A stretch of 64,000 bases of DNA, taken from Pseudomonadota bacterium (lineage in GTDB: Bacteria; Bdellovibrionota_G; JALEGL01; DATDPG01). The notes under the pieces are model-generated. The model was not told the origin of the DNA. It saw only the letters and a list, made by a program, of their open reading frames with translations, and did no database searches. Of the stretch, positions 28,372 through 37,282 are shown piece by piece. Location of the stretch: positions 68,167 to 132,166 of the forward strand of contig JAZDDX010000024.1 of assembly GCA_043809315.1 (NCBI GenBank). Reading direction: 5' to 3'. The position numbers and the translations under genes were made by a program. The first letter of the stretch is position 1; the number at the start of each line of letters is the position of its first letter.

Positions 28372-29406
28372 ATGACCGAAATCGAGAACCTGAAACGTCG
28401 GTTTGAAAACATCAAGTTTCTGTACGTCGACGACGAGCCGGACAATCTGGCGTCGTTCCGGATTTACTTCGATGAGACCTTCGAAGTCTTGACTGAGTCC
28501 GATCCTTTGAACGCCCTCCAGATCGTTCGACAGGAGAAGGATCTCGCCGTGCTCGTCGTCGACCAAGTGATGCCGAAAATGACCGGATTGGCTCTCGCGA
28601 CGTCGGCGAAGAAGCTCCGCCCCGCGCTTTCCTGTCTCATGATCACCGGGAATGCGACGAAGCAACTGGCAATCGACTCGATCCGGTCGCGTGTCTTCTA
28701 CGAGTTTCTCGAAAAGCCGGTCGACTTCTCGGCGAAAGAAATCCGTCAGCTATTGATCAGCGCCGTTCAGGAACATCTGCTCGAACGAGTGAAAGTTGAA
28801 TATCGCCTCGGGACGATCGAGCTGATCGGACGGTTGATCGACGAGAAGGACGGGCATACGCAGCGCCATTCCGAACGGGTGACGGAATGGGCGGTCAAGA
28901 TCGCGCGGAAGCTCGAATTGAGCGAGCGGGACGTGGTCCGGTTGCACGAAGGGGCGTTGCTTCATGACATCGGAAAGATCGGGATCCCGGACGATATCCT
29001 CAAGAAACCGGGAAAGCTGACCGATCTCGAGCGAAAGGTCATCCAGACCCACACGACCCGGGGAGGGGACCTGTTGTGGAGGGTGGAGCCGCTCAAGGAG
29101 CTGGCGTCGATCGCGCGGTACCATCACGAGCGCCCGGACGGGAAGGGGTATCCCGAAGGGCTTGCCGCGGACAAGATTCCGATCCATGCTTCGATCGTCG
29201 CGCTGGCCGATTTCTTCGAGGCGCTCAGCGCCAAGCGTCCATACAAAGAGCCGTGGTCGGTTCCCGACATCGTCGCGGAAGTCGGCCGCCAGAGGGGAAC
29301 GCAGTTCCCCGAGAAGGTGGTCGACGCCTTCTTCTCGGTGCTGGAGGAAGAGGGAATCCTACGGCACGAGGAGCTCGAGAAGGCAAAGGCATCCCACGCG
29401 GCATGA
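28372..29406 (+). CDS. Response regulator with HD-GYP phosphodiesterase domain
   Basis: REC (VDDE, DQVMP, KP); LHDIGK, HHERPDGKGYP, RPYK. Confidence 0.92.
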   Translation: MTEIENLKRRFENIKFLYVDDEPDNLASFRIYFDETFEVLTESDPLNALQIVRQEKDLAVLVVDQVMPKMTGLALATSAKKLRPALSCLMITGNATKQLAIDSIRSRVFYEFLEKPVDFSAKEIRQLLISAVQEHLLERVKVEYRLGTIELIGRLIDEKDGHTQRHSERVTEWAVKIARKLELSERDVVRLHEGALLHDIGKIGIPDDILKKPGKLTDLERKVIQTHTTRGGDLLWRVEPLKELASIARYHHERPDGKGYPEGLAADKIPIHASIVALADFFEALSAKRPYKEPWSVPDIVAEVGRQRGTQFPEKVVDAFFSVLEEEGILRHEELEKAKASHAA

Positions 29407-30509
29407 ACGCCGCCCGTACAAAACTCAAAATCGTTTTTCTGCTCGGGCTCTTTCTTCCTTCGCCCCTGTTCGCCGAGGGGATCGAACAGCTCTGGCCGGT
29501 GGCTCTGAGCTCCCTGCAGAAACGTCTTCGTGACGATCACATCTCCGAGTCGCAACTGAAGCTGCTCGATCCTGCGAAGCTCAAGTTCGGTGCGGCGGCC
29601 GTCCGGCTCAAGCTTCTCGACAAAATCGCGAACGCACCCGACCCGGAACAGTTCATCACGACGAAGTCGCTCCAGAGGGCGAGGAAGTTCCTTTCGGACC
29701 ATCGGAAGGTCTTGGCGGAGACGTTCAACGAGACGTGCGTCCCCCCCTCGATCACCGTGGCGGTCTTGAGCGTCGAAACGTCGCTCGGGCGTTTCAAGCC
29801 GCAGTTTCCGGTTCTCGCGACGCTTGCGAGCCACGCGACCCTCGGGAACGAAGGATTGAGAGAAGCGCTGATTCCGTCTCTTCTCGAACATGCGCGAAGA
29901 AACCCGCGGCAGTACCAGGGGATGGGGCTGATCGATTGGCGCGCGCGGGCAAAGGAGATCGGGGAAAAGTGGTATCTCCAGCTCCGTTCCTATTTCCTGC
30001 TGGCCGATCAGCTGAAGTGGAGCGAGAGAACGATCCTGGCGATGCGGGGCTCGTTTACGGGGGCGATCGGATACAGCCAATGGCAGCCGGAACGGGCCGA
30101 GGCCCGGATGAAAGATCAAAGGTTCGATCTCTGGAGTTGGAACGATTCGATCTGGCATACGTCCGCGGAATTGGCGGGAAACGACTTCGAATCCGATCCC
30201 GAGAAGGCTCTTAAGAAATACAACGATGTCCGATGGTACCGGGAAGCGGTCTTCAGGATCGCCGGCGAGCTGGGAAGTACCGGAACCGGTCATGCCCGTC
30301 CTGCATCCAACCAAACGATGGTGACTGAAGCTCACCCAACGGAACGACCCGCTCGATGCGGAGTCCCGACTGCAGTTCCTTCTCCAGCGCAGAGCCGAGA
30401 AGTGTCCGCGGGATCGCAGCCGAACTCAAACGATCGATCCAGGGGGATAGAATTGAAACCATCTCTTCAGACCGGTCCGCGGAAATCACCTGGACGAGAC
30501 CGGGAGTAG
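29403..30509 (+). CDS. Lytic murein transglycosylase (MltB/SLT_2-like)
   Basis: ATGA coupling; signal peptide; VETSLG, GSFTGAIGYSQW, YN; low-complexity tail overlaps convergent gene. Confidence 0.7.
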   Translation: MNAARTKLKIVFLLGLFLPSPLFAEGIEQLWPVALSSLQKRLRDDHISESQLKLLDPAKLKFGAAAVRLKLLDKIANAPDPEQFITTKSLQRARKFLSDHRKVLAETFNETCVPPSITVAVLSVETSLGRFKPQFPVLATLASHATLGNEGLREALIPSLLEHARRNPRQYQGMGLIDWRARAKEIGEKWYLQLRSYFLLADQLKWSERTILAMRGSFTGAIGYSQWQPERAEARMKDQRFDLWSWNDSIWHTSAELAGNDFESDPEKALKKYNDVRWYREAVFRIAGELGSTGTGHARPASNQTMVTEAHPTERPARCGVPTAVPSPAQSREVSAGSQPNSNDRSRGIELKPSLQTGPRKSPGRDRE

Positions 30510-32478
30510 AGAACCAAGTCGGCTCAATTCGTTTCGTGCTCACCACGGATAGGCACGGGTGAAACCGGACGTTATCTGGGTTGCCTGTTGTTTGAAGCGA
30601 CCTTGAGCTCCAGATGATCCTGCCCTGGCTACGTTTCGAAGGTCTGCGGTTCCAACGGGAAGATAACGCTTCTGCTTCGCGGATCAGACGATCCGGCGAT
30701 CGGGCGAAGACGACCTGCGGTGACAGACAACCCTGCTGCTCCCAGATGTAGATGTCTTCGATCAGGTTCGTGATCTCCACGTCGTCCGTATCGTCCGTGA
30801 CGACGGCGAACGAGAAGCGCGAACGGTACGGATAGAAACGGGCCTCGGCCGGTACGAAAGAAAAGAGGCGATCGACCGTCTCGTCATCCCCCTGGACGAA
30901 GATATCGGTGGCACCGCGGAACAGTTCGCGCGTAACCGCATCGTCGGAGGAAGAGGTCTCGACGATCGCCGCTTGAGCGGCAAGTTCCGGATCGATCCGG
31001 ACGAGTGTTTCGTGAAGAGCCGTGAGAAGGTTTCCCCCGCGGGACGACGGACGATGAATCGTCGGAACGCCGGTCAGCAGGCCGGCATAGAATCCGAAAA
31101 CACCGGTGACCGGAAGATTACCTGCGGCCACCGAAACGACGAGACGGGGAAATTCATCACGAGCCACAGCTCGCTCCAATTCGGGGCGCGTGAGAGCGCG
31201 AAAGGTCCGGTTCAGTCCTTCGGTTACCGATCCAGGGGAAAAGAACCCCGTGGTATGGACTGTGCCTTCGAACTCACGACGAACAGGAAAATTCTCCACG
31301 AGCCAGAGGTCGGATAATTTCGCAAGAGAATCGATTCCTCGAGCAAGTAGAAGGGACCCGGTACTACGAACGGCCTCTTTAGCTTGCGCGATGGTCGGAG
31401 TGATCGCAGAGCTGCGAAACGGTTCGGGAGAGGAGGTGACGGTCAACGAACATCCTCGGAGCTCGGAATCGCTCACACGTCCCAAGACTTCAAACCCGTC
31501 CTTCGTGCGGCGTCCCCAGTCGCCGGTCAAGAGAGCGGAGATCGAGCCGCGGTTGGCGAGATCGAAGAGGCTCACCATTCCCTCGTTACCCAACGCAACC
31601 TCCTCGTCCTGGGTCGGATCGAGAATCCGGACGGGAGCCCACGCTGGGGAACGATAGACCAAGCGCCCGTCGCGCAATCTTCCCCAGGAAGGAGAGCTCG
31701 TCTCCGTCATTCCGTATTCGCCGAGATACGAAGAGGGTTCGATCCCGAGATGTTCGAACGCCAGCTCCGAGAGAGTCGAACTTTCCGGGACTGTCCGTCT
31801 CCCTTTCCGCCCTCCGGTTTCGAAGAGAGAACTCCTCGGCGGGAGATGGATCTTCGTTCCGGCTCGACGAAGGGCGTCCAGCCAGTCGGAGAGAGCGACA
31901 GAGGTCGCCGCGATGAAGAGAGGGGTTCCCCCGGAGACGGCATGTCGCGCGACCGAGGTCGCTTTTTCGAGGTCCACCGATCCCTCCGAGAACGCATACG
32001 TCGCCCCCCCGGGGAAGAAGGCTCGCACGAGCGTATCGACCATGTGGGCCAACGACGAGCGCGGATTTTCGAAGCGATTCGGTGTGAGCGAAAGGAGGGT
32101 GTCCGTTCCCGGTTGGAAGCCAGTCAGGTCGCGGAAGGAAACGATCGACGCCCGGTCGTACAAATCCAGAGAATCGAGCTCGTGCGTGCCTCGGTCACCG
32201 TTGGTCGTGCCGGAAGTGACGAACGTTGCGACCGTCCGCTCCGTCGGAAATGTCGCGATCCGATGGTGTTTGAAACCGCTCGTCGGGAACGGCGGGATCT
32301 TTTCAAACGAACGGACCGTTTCCGGCGTGATGTCCTGGTTTCGGCAGTAATCCCGGTAGACCGGGATCCTCTCGAACTGGTGACGGAAGAGATCGAGAGC
32401 CAAGCGACGGAAGTCGTCGTCCCGGGGGGCGGCTCCCCCGCGATCGATCAAGGCGAGAATCTCACGATCCAAGTTCAT
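30253..32478 (-). CDS. LuxE-like acyl-protein synthetase fused to LuxC-like acyl-CoA reductase
   Basis: N-half FVTSGTT, ETGGRKG, EYGMTE, LGR...LRGCS; C-half AGNLP, RPSS, QQGCLSPQ, PLGELQSP...DG. Confidence 0.8.
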   Translation of the reverse strand: MNLDREILALIDRGGAAPRDDDFRRLALDLFRHQFERIPVYRDYCRNQDITPETVRSFEKIPPFPTSGFKHHRIATFPTERTVATFVTSGTTNGDRGTHELDSLDLYDRASIVSFRDLTGFQPGTDTLLSLTPNRFENPRSSLAHMVDTLVRAFFPGGATYAFSEGSVDLEKATSVARHAVSGGTPLFIAATSVALSDWLDALRRAGTKIHLPPRSSLFETGGRKGRRTVPESSTLSELAFEHLGIEPSSYLGEYGMTETSSPSWGRLRDGRLVYRSPAWAPVRILDPTQDEEVALGNEGMVSLFDLANRGSISALLTGDWGRRTKDGFEVLGRVSDSELRGCSLTVTSSPEPFRSSAITPTIAQAKEAVRSTGSLLLARGIDSLAKLSDLWLVENFPVRREFEGTVHTTGFFSPGSVTEGLNRTFRALTRPELERAVARDEFPRLVVSVAAGNLPVTGVFGFYAGLLTGVPTIHRPSSRGGNLLTALHETLVRIDPELAAQAAIVETSSSDDAVTRELFRGATDIFVQGDDETVDRLFSFVPAEARFYPYRSRFSFAVVTDDTDDVEITNLIEDIYIWEQQGCLSPQVVFARSPDRLIREAEALSSRWNRRPSKRSQGRIIWSSRSLQTTGNPDNVRFHPCLSVVSTKRIEPTWFSTPGLVQVISADRSEEMVSILSPWIDRLSSAAIPRTLLGSALEKELQSGLRIERVVPLGELQSPSFGWMQDGHDRFRYFPARRRS

Positions 32479-33416
32479 CCTGTCTGTTCCCGTTGTTTCA
32501 CCTTGGCGCGAAGGTCCCAGACAAACCGATCATGGTTCATCATGATTGGATCGATCGTCACCGTCTTATTCGATCCCGAGGAGTCGATGTAACGGACGAA
32601 CGTGAGGGAGGCCCCCCAACCCCACATCTTTCGTCGCGTAGATGTCCCGACGTCTCTTACCCGATTCCAGGGAACCTCAACGCAAGAAAAGAGTCCGTGG
32701 AACACAAAACCTTCGCGATCGACTCGGATCTTCAGGGTGGCGAGGTAGAGAAAGCAAAGAGGAAGAAAGACAACAACCCCCGTCCCCAGACTCTCGACCC
32801 GAGTATTGAAGATTGCGAATCTTGAGAGACCGGTCAGTCCATGGATCAGTCCGACAATGCCTATGTAAGCCATGAACAGGGAGAAGGGACCGAGGAGCGC
32901 CAGGTAACGCGTGCTGAACCGAACCGTGTAGTTATCGGTGCCGCGCTCCGGTTTATGGACCGCTTCGGCGGAAAAGACAAAGGTCCAAGGTACGCTGCTG
33001 AAGATGCCGAAAAAGATCCCTCCGGCAATCTCACCGAGGACGTTTTCTCGAGGGGGCGTTCTGAGAAAGCGATTGGATAGATGCATCAATACGCCGAATA
33101 AGACGCCGCTCATGAGAGTATTCAAAACGAATTGGCGGACGAGTCGGCTTCTTTGTTCGCGGGCCAGCGGGGCAGGGTCTCCCAAACTATCGACGGCGGC
33201 CTGAGAAGCACGATCCGGAGACAACCCGCTTGCTAGGTATTTCTGTTTTGCCTCCTGAAGATGATCGATAACTTCCGCTAACGTTACGAGACGCACTTTT
33301 GCGGAACCCAAGAGGTTCTTGTCGAGTACCTCGATCTGGCGATCAAGGATGGCATCCCCGGTAAGTGCCTCCTTGGGACATTTGGTTTCAAAATTCCTTA
33401 ACAATGAGTTCAACAT
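32475..33416 (-). CDS. Membrane protein with permease-prefix/HAAS-like N-domain
   Basis: EVIDHL...GLSPDRASQAAVDSLGDP, four TMs, PH-like tail; follows PadR gene. Confidence 0.65.
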   Translation of the reverse strand: MLNSLLRNFETKCPKEALTGDAILDRQIEVLDKNLLGSAKVRLVTLAEVIDHLQEAKQKYLASGLSPDRASQAAVDSLGDPAPLAREQRSRLVRQFVLNTLMSGVLFGVLMHLSNRFLRTPPRENVLGEIAGGIFFGIFSSVPWTFVFSAEAVHKPERGTDNYTVRFSTRYLALLGPFSLFMAYIGIVGLIHGLTGLSRFAIFNTRVESLGTGVVVFLPLCFLYLATLKIRVDREGFVFHGLFSCVEVPWNRVRDVGTSTRRKMWGWGASLTFVRYIDSSGSNKTVTIDPIMMNHDRFVWDLRAKVKQREQTG

Positions 33417-33418
33417 GG

Positions 33419-33769
33419 TTACAGATCCTCCCTGGGCAAAACGACTTTCTGAAGAATCGAGGTGACATGTCGCCATTCGGCGATCCGATCCTGGAGCATT
33501 TTTTTACCGGACGGTGTGATCCGGTAGTACTTCCTCGCGGTTCCCCGGTCGCCGGGTTGGTAGTGAGAGGCCACGAAGCCTCGTGATTCCAGGCGATGCA
33601 ACAAGGGATAGAGCGTGGCGTCCCGAAGAAGAGAATCGTTCCCGTCGAGGAGTTTCTGAACGTCTTCGAGGATGCCGAACCCGTAATTTTCTCCGCGCTT
33701 CAACACCGTGAGCACAAGGGCGTCCAGAAGTCCCTTGAGTACCTGCGCATCCGTTCGGGTGGTATGCAT
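33419..33769 (-). CDS. PadR family transcriptional regulator
   Basis: YGFGI, TLYPLLHRLE, RKYYRITPSG. Confidence 0.92.
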   Translation of the reverse strand: MHTTRTDAQVLKGLLDALVLTVLKRGENYGFGILEDVQKLLDGNDSLLRDATLYPLLHRLESRGFVASHYQPGDRGTARKYYRITPSGKKMLQDRIAEWRHVTSILQKVVLPREDL

Positions 33770-33806
33770 GCCATGTAAGGCTTACTATGTATGTCTTAAA
33801 TGTCAA
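33770..33806 (-). promoter_or_regulatory. padR promoter with candidate operator
   Basis: TTGACA at 33806-33801; inverted repeat GTAAG-C-CTTAC over the -10 region. Confidence 0.45.
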
Positions 33807-35085
33807 GCGCTCGAAGTGTCTCGAGTCCCCACCTAAGCTGCCGCTCGGAGATCGTGAGCGGCGGTGTGAGGGAGACGACGTTCCCCGAGGGGCCGCTCGG
33901 GAGAACGATGAGCCCTCGTTGAAGCGCTTTTTTGGCGCATTCAAACGCGAGGCCGGGGCGGCACAGCTCGATCCCGATCATCAGGCCGCGTCCGCGCACC
34001 GATGTCACGATGGAGGTGGGCGTAATCCATCGCTCGATCTCGCGCAGAGCGATCGTTCCCAACTCTTCCGCACGGGCGGAGAGATTCCGTCGTTCGATCT
34101 CGTCGATCGATGCGAGAGCCGCCGCGCAGCCCAAGGGGTGGCCCAGGAAGGTGCTGGTGTGAAGCGCCTCACCGTCGGAGAGGGGCCAGGCAGCCATCGC
34201 TTTCTTCGTTCCGATGCAGGCGGAAAACGGGAGAGTTCCGGTCAGCGCCTTTCCGACGCAGAGAAGATCGGGGACGATCCCCTCCCGGTCGATCGCGAAG
34301 CGCGTGCCGGTCCTGCCGAACCCGGTCATCATCTCGTCCGCGATGAGCAGGACGTCGGCATCCGCCGTGAGCCGACGGAGGGCGCGGAGCCATCCGTCGG
34401 GGGGGACGACGACCCCGGCCCGGCCGAAAATCGGCTCCACGAGCACGGCTCCGATCTCGGCCGATCGCAATACGCTGCCGATCTGCCGGATCGACTCCTC
34501 GGTCGAACGAGGAAGGGGAACCGTGTGCGAGATCTTCGCCAGTTGCTGCGCGAACGGTTCGCGAAAGCGCGGAAGTCCGGAAACGGCCAAAGTTCCGTAC
34601 GTGAGGCCGTGGTAGGCCCCTTCGAATACGACGAGGTCGGGGCGTTTCGTCGCTAGATACGCCGTCTTGATCGCCGCCTCGACCGCCTCCGCCCCCGAAC
34701 TGCAGAGGATGGCCTGGGCCCCCGGTTCCGGAAAGAGGGAGGCGAGTTTTTCGAGAAGCTCCACTTTGATGGACGGAGGGTGGACATCCCCCATCCCGTG
34801 CGGAAGCTTCTCGAGTTGGGCCGCGATCGCGTTGGTCACGGCCGGGGGAGTGTGACCCAGGGAGGCGACGCCGAAGGCGGAGGTGAAGTCGACGAAGAGA
34901 TTTCCGTCCGCATCTACGACGTTCGCTCCGGCAGCCCGTTCCCAGAAGACCGGGAAATCATCGGCGAGATAGGTGATGTTCCGGCACTCGACACGGCGAA
35001 GTCGCTCCGCGAGATCTCGGGAGCGGGGGCCGGGGACCGTCGTTCGAAGGTTCGCGATCCGCTCCCCGAACGGAAGATCGGCCAT
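33796..35085 (-). CDS. Class III PLP aminotransferase (GabT/omega-transaminase-like)
   Basis: SGAEAVE, FEGAYHG, ADEMMTGFGRTG, VGKAL; TGATG coupling with upstream AKR. Confidence 0.9.
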   Translation of the reverse strand: MADLPFGERIANLRTTVPGPRSRDLAERLRRVECRNITYLADDFPVFWERAAGANVVDADGNLFVDFTSAFGVASLGHTPPAVTNAIAAQLEKLPHGMGDVHPPSIKVELLEKLASLFPEPGAQAILCSSGAEAVEAAIKTAYLATKRPDLVVFEGAYHGLTYGTLAVSGLPRFREPFAQQLAKISHTVPLPRSTEESIRQIGSVLRSAEIGAVLVEPIFGRAGVVVPPDGWLRALRRLTADADVLLIADEMMTGFGRTGTRFAIDREGIVPDLLCVGKALTGTLPFSACIGTKKAMAAWPLSDGEALHTSTFLGHPLGCAAALASIDEIERRNLSARAEELGTIALREIERWITPTSIVTSVRGRGLMIGIELCRPGLAFECAKKALQRGLIVLPSGPSGNVVSLTPPLTISERQLRWGLETLRALDI

Positions 35086-36206
35086 CAGGCGACCGCGTCG
35101 ACCACTTTCCGCCACGAGACCGGATCGAGGCGGCGGCGGCGGAGGTATTCGGTGTTCTGATCGACGTGCGCGGTCCGGCTCATCCCGACAAGGGCGGTCG
35201 AGACCCCCGGCGCGCCGGCGGAAAACGCGATCGCGCGCTGAGGATCGTTCGTGGCGTCGGCAAAGAGCGGGGCGAGGGCGGGGGGTAGACGACCCAAGAG
35301 CTTCCCCTGCAGGAGGGGAACGCTCGTCATGACCATGAACCCCAGCTCGTGTGCCAGACGAAGGAAGGTCACGAGATCCCCGCGCCACTCCTGCGTCGGC
35401 CGGGTGGCCGCTTCCCGCAGCATGAAGTTGAACGGGAGCTGGACCGCCTTGAAATGATGTTTCTCTCCGGCGACCGAGTGGGCGAGTTCGAGAAAATGAG
35501 AGAGGGAATGATGGCGGGGTTCCCCGGGGGCCATTCGGAAGCCGTCCCAGGTAGCCACGCCGTATCGGGCGATCCGCCCTTCGTCCACTTCGTCTTCGAG
35601 TGCTTCGAACGCGCCACGGATCCTGTCGTCCAACTCGCTTTCAGAGATCTCCGAAAGCTGGATCTCGACGTTATGCAGATAATAGATGTCGATCGTCTCG
35701 AGCCCCAGGTTCTTGAGGCTCTGGCCGATTTGATGACGCAAGTAGGTGGGCTCGATGCAGTGGCATTCCGCGACGATGTCGCTGGGAGCGATGATTCCCG
35801 GCTCGAAGAGGTTCGCGTCCATCCAATCGAGCGGGTTCTGCGGCGGCTCGTTCTCGAACGGAAGGAATCCCCCTTTGGTGGCGACGACGATCTCCTCCCG
35901 GCCGATTTTCCCTGAGGTGATCAGTTCCGCCAGCGCTTCCCCGATCGCCCGCTCGCTCCGTTGAAACCGATAATTGATCGCGGTGTCGATGACGTTCACC
36001 CCGCGCTCGACGGCCCGAACGACGGAGTTGGTGTAGCGTTGATCGGTTTCGTCGTCCCAGCGGCCGATGTAGCTTCCGATCCCGAGGTCGGAGAGGCTCA
36101 ACCCCCCCGCCATCCGGTAATGTTCGGAGAGGTTCTCGGTATGGCGCGCGGCGAAGCGCGAGGTCCCTTCCTGGGTGGCTCGGCCGCGGATCGAATCGGT
36201 CGTCAT
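35085..36206 (-). CDS. Aldo/keto reductase
   Basis: IDTAINY, VATKGG, IDIYYLHN, VQLPFN. Confidence 0.9.
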   Translation of the reverse strand: MTTDSIRGRATQEGTSRFAARHTENLSEHYRMAGGLSLSDLGIGSYIGRWDDETDQRYTNSVVRAVERGVNVIDTAINYRFQRSERAIGEALAELITSGKIGREEIVVATKGGFLPFENEPPQNPLDWMDANLFEPGIIAPSDIVAECHCIEPTYLRHQIGQSLKNLGLETIDIYYLHNVEIQLSEISESELDDRIRGAFEALEDEVDEGRIARYGVATWDGFRMAPGEPRHHSLSHFLELAHSVAGEKHHFKAVQLPFNFMLREAATRPTQEWRGDLVTFLRLAHELGFMVMTSVPLLQGKLLGRLPPALAPLFADATNDPQRAIAFSAGAPGVSTALVGMSRTAHVDQNTEYLRRRRLDPVSWRKVVDAVA

Positions 36207-36239
36207 CTTCCGGCAGAGAACCATTGCGCAATATGGGTG

Positions 36240-36806
36240 TCAAGGCGCGGGGAGCACGATTCCAAATGAGCGGGTCCGGATCTTGGCCGCGCCGTTGGTC
36301 GGATCGCCGTCGAGATCGATGGCGGTCACGCCGCCGTCCGGGAGAGCCCCCGGTGTTTCGGTCGGGTCGCAGACCGATAGGTCGATCCGCAGGCGCGTGG
36401 TTTTCGCGAGCTCTCCGGGGTTCGGGGAGTCCGGAAGGAAATGTCCGTCGGCGTCGTAGGCGGTGAAGCGGATCGAGAAGACGTGGGAGAGGAGCGTCTT
36501 CCCTCCTTCCGGTGCGGTCCGGACGATCCGGAAGTCGGGACTTGTTCCTTCGATTCGGTAGGAAAAGGCTCCGCGGTTGCCATCCCCCGATAGAAACGTG
36601 GGGACGAGCCCCTTGAGACGCGCTCCCGGGACCTCGAGATCGGCGCGAAGCTGCTTTTCGACCGGCTCGACGATCGCGTCGGTTCCTTCACTTTTCAGAA
36701 CGCGGCGGATCGTTTTCGTCAGCGTTGCTGCGAGAATTGAGACGATCAGCAGCGTTACGAGGAGTTCGATGACGCCGAATCCGGATCGGCCTATACTTCG
36801 GATCAT
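36240..36806 (-). CDS. Prepilin-type N-terminal cleavage/methylation domain protein
   Basis: RSG|FGVIELLVTLLIVSILAA class III signal with Glu at +5; alternative start 36857. Confidence 0.7.
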   Translation of the reverse strand: MIRSIGRSGFGVIELLVTLLIVSILAATLTKTIRRVLKSEGTDAIVEPVEKQLRADLEVPGARLKGLVPTFLSGDGNRGAFSYRIEGTSPDFRIVRTAPEGGKTLLSHVFSIRFTAYDADGHFLPDSPNPGELAKTTRLRIDLSVCDPTETPGALPDGGVTAIDLDGDPTNGAAKIRTRSFGIVLPAP

Positions 36807-37281
36807 GCGCGGAAAACCGGACAAGGGTGGGATCGGTCTTTGGCTTGTTCTTATCATTCTGGTGGCCGGCGGATGGGCCGGGTTCCGGTTCGGGACTCTC
36901 TATTTCGACAACAGCACGATCGCGAACCAAGTGGCTACCCTGGCCGATCAAAGTTTGATCGATCGTTCGGTCGATGCCAAGAAGGAAATCGCCAGGATTC
37001 TCGATGCCTACGAAGTGAAGATCGATCCGGAAAAAGTCCGGGTCGACTTCAACGAGAAGCATGACCGCATTACAATCGCGTTTGAGTACTCGAGGAGTGT
37101 CGACCTGGGCTTGGCGGCACCCCAGGTTCCGTTCCACGTGTTCGAGCAGCGGGAGTCGGCGCGTGCGGTCGGGGTTGTGCAGGGAATTGGCCGGACGATC
37201 GACAACTCGATGAACAACGTCCCTGCGCAGAAGTACCAGCAGGCGGTCAAGCAGGCGTTTGAAACGCCGGCAGCGCGATAA
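36805..37281 (+). CDS. Single-TM pilin-like protein (DUF4845-like)
   Basis: MRGKPDKGGIGLWLVLIILVAGGWAGFRFGTLYF; TATACT 7 nt upstream. Confidence 0.6.
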   Translation: MRGKPDKGGIGLWLVLIILVAGGWAGFRFGTLYFDNSTIANQVATLADQSLIDRSVDAKKEIARILDAYEVKIDPEKVRVDFNEKHDRITIAFEYSRSVDLGLAAPQVPFHVFEQRESARAVGVVQGIGRTIDNSMNNVPAQKYQQAVKQAFETPAAR

Positions 37282-37282
37282 C

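Noticed and set aside
30253-32478. Bioluminescence operon
   Set aside because: No luxA, luxB, luxD or luxG in the window
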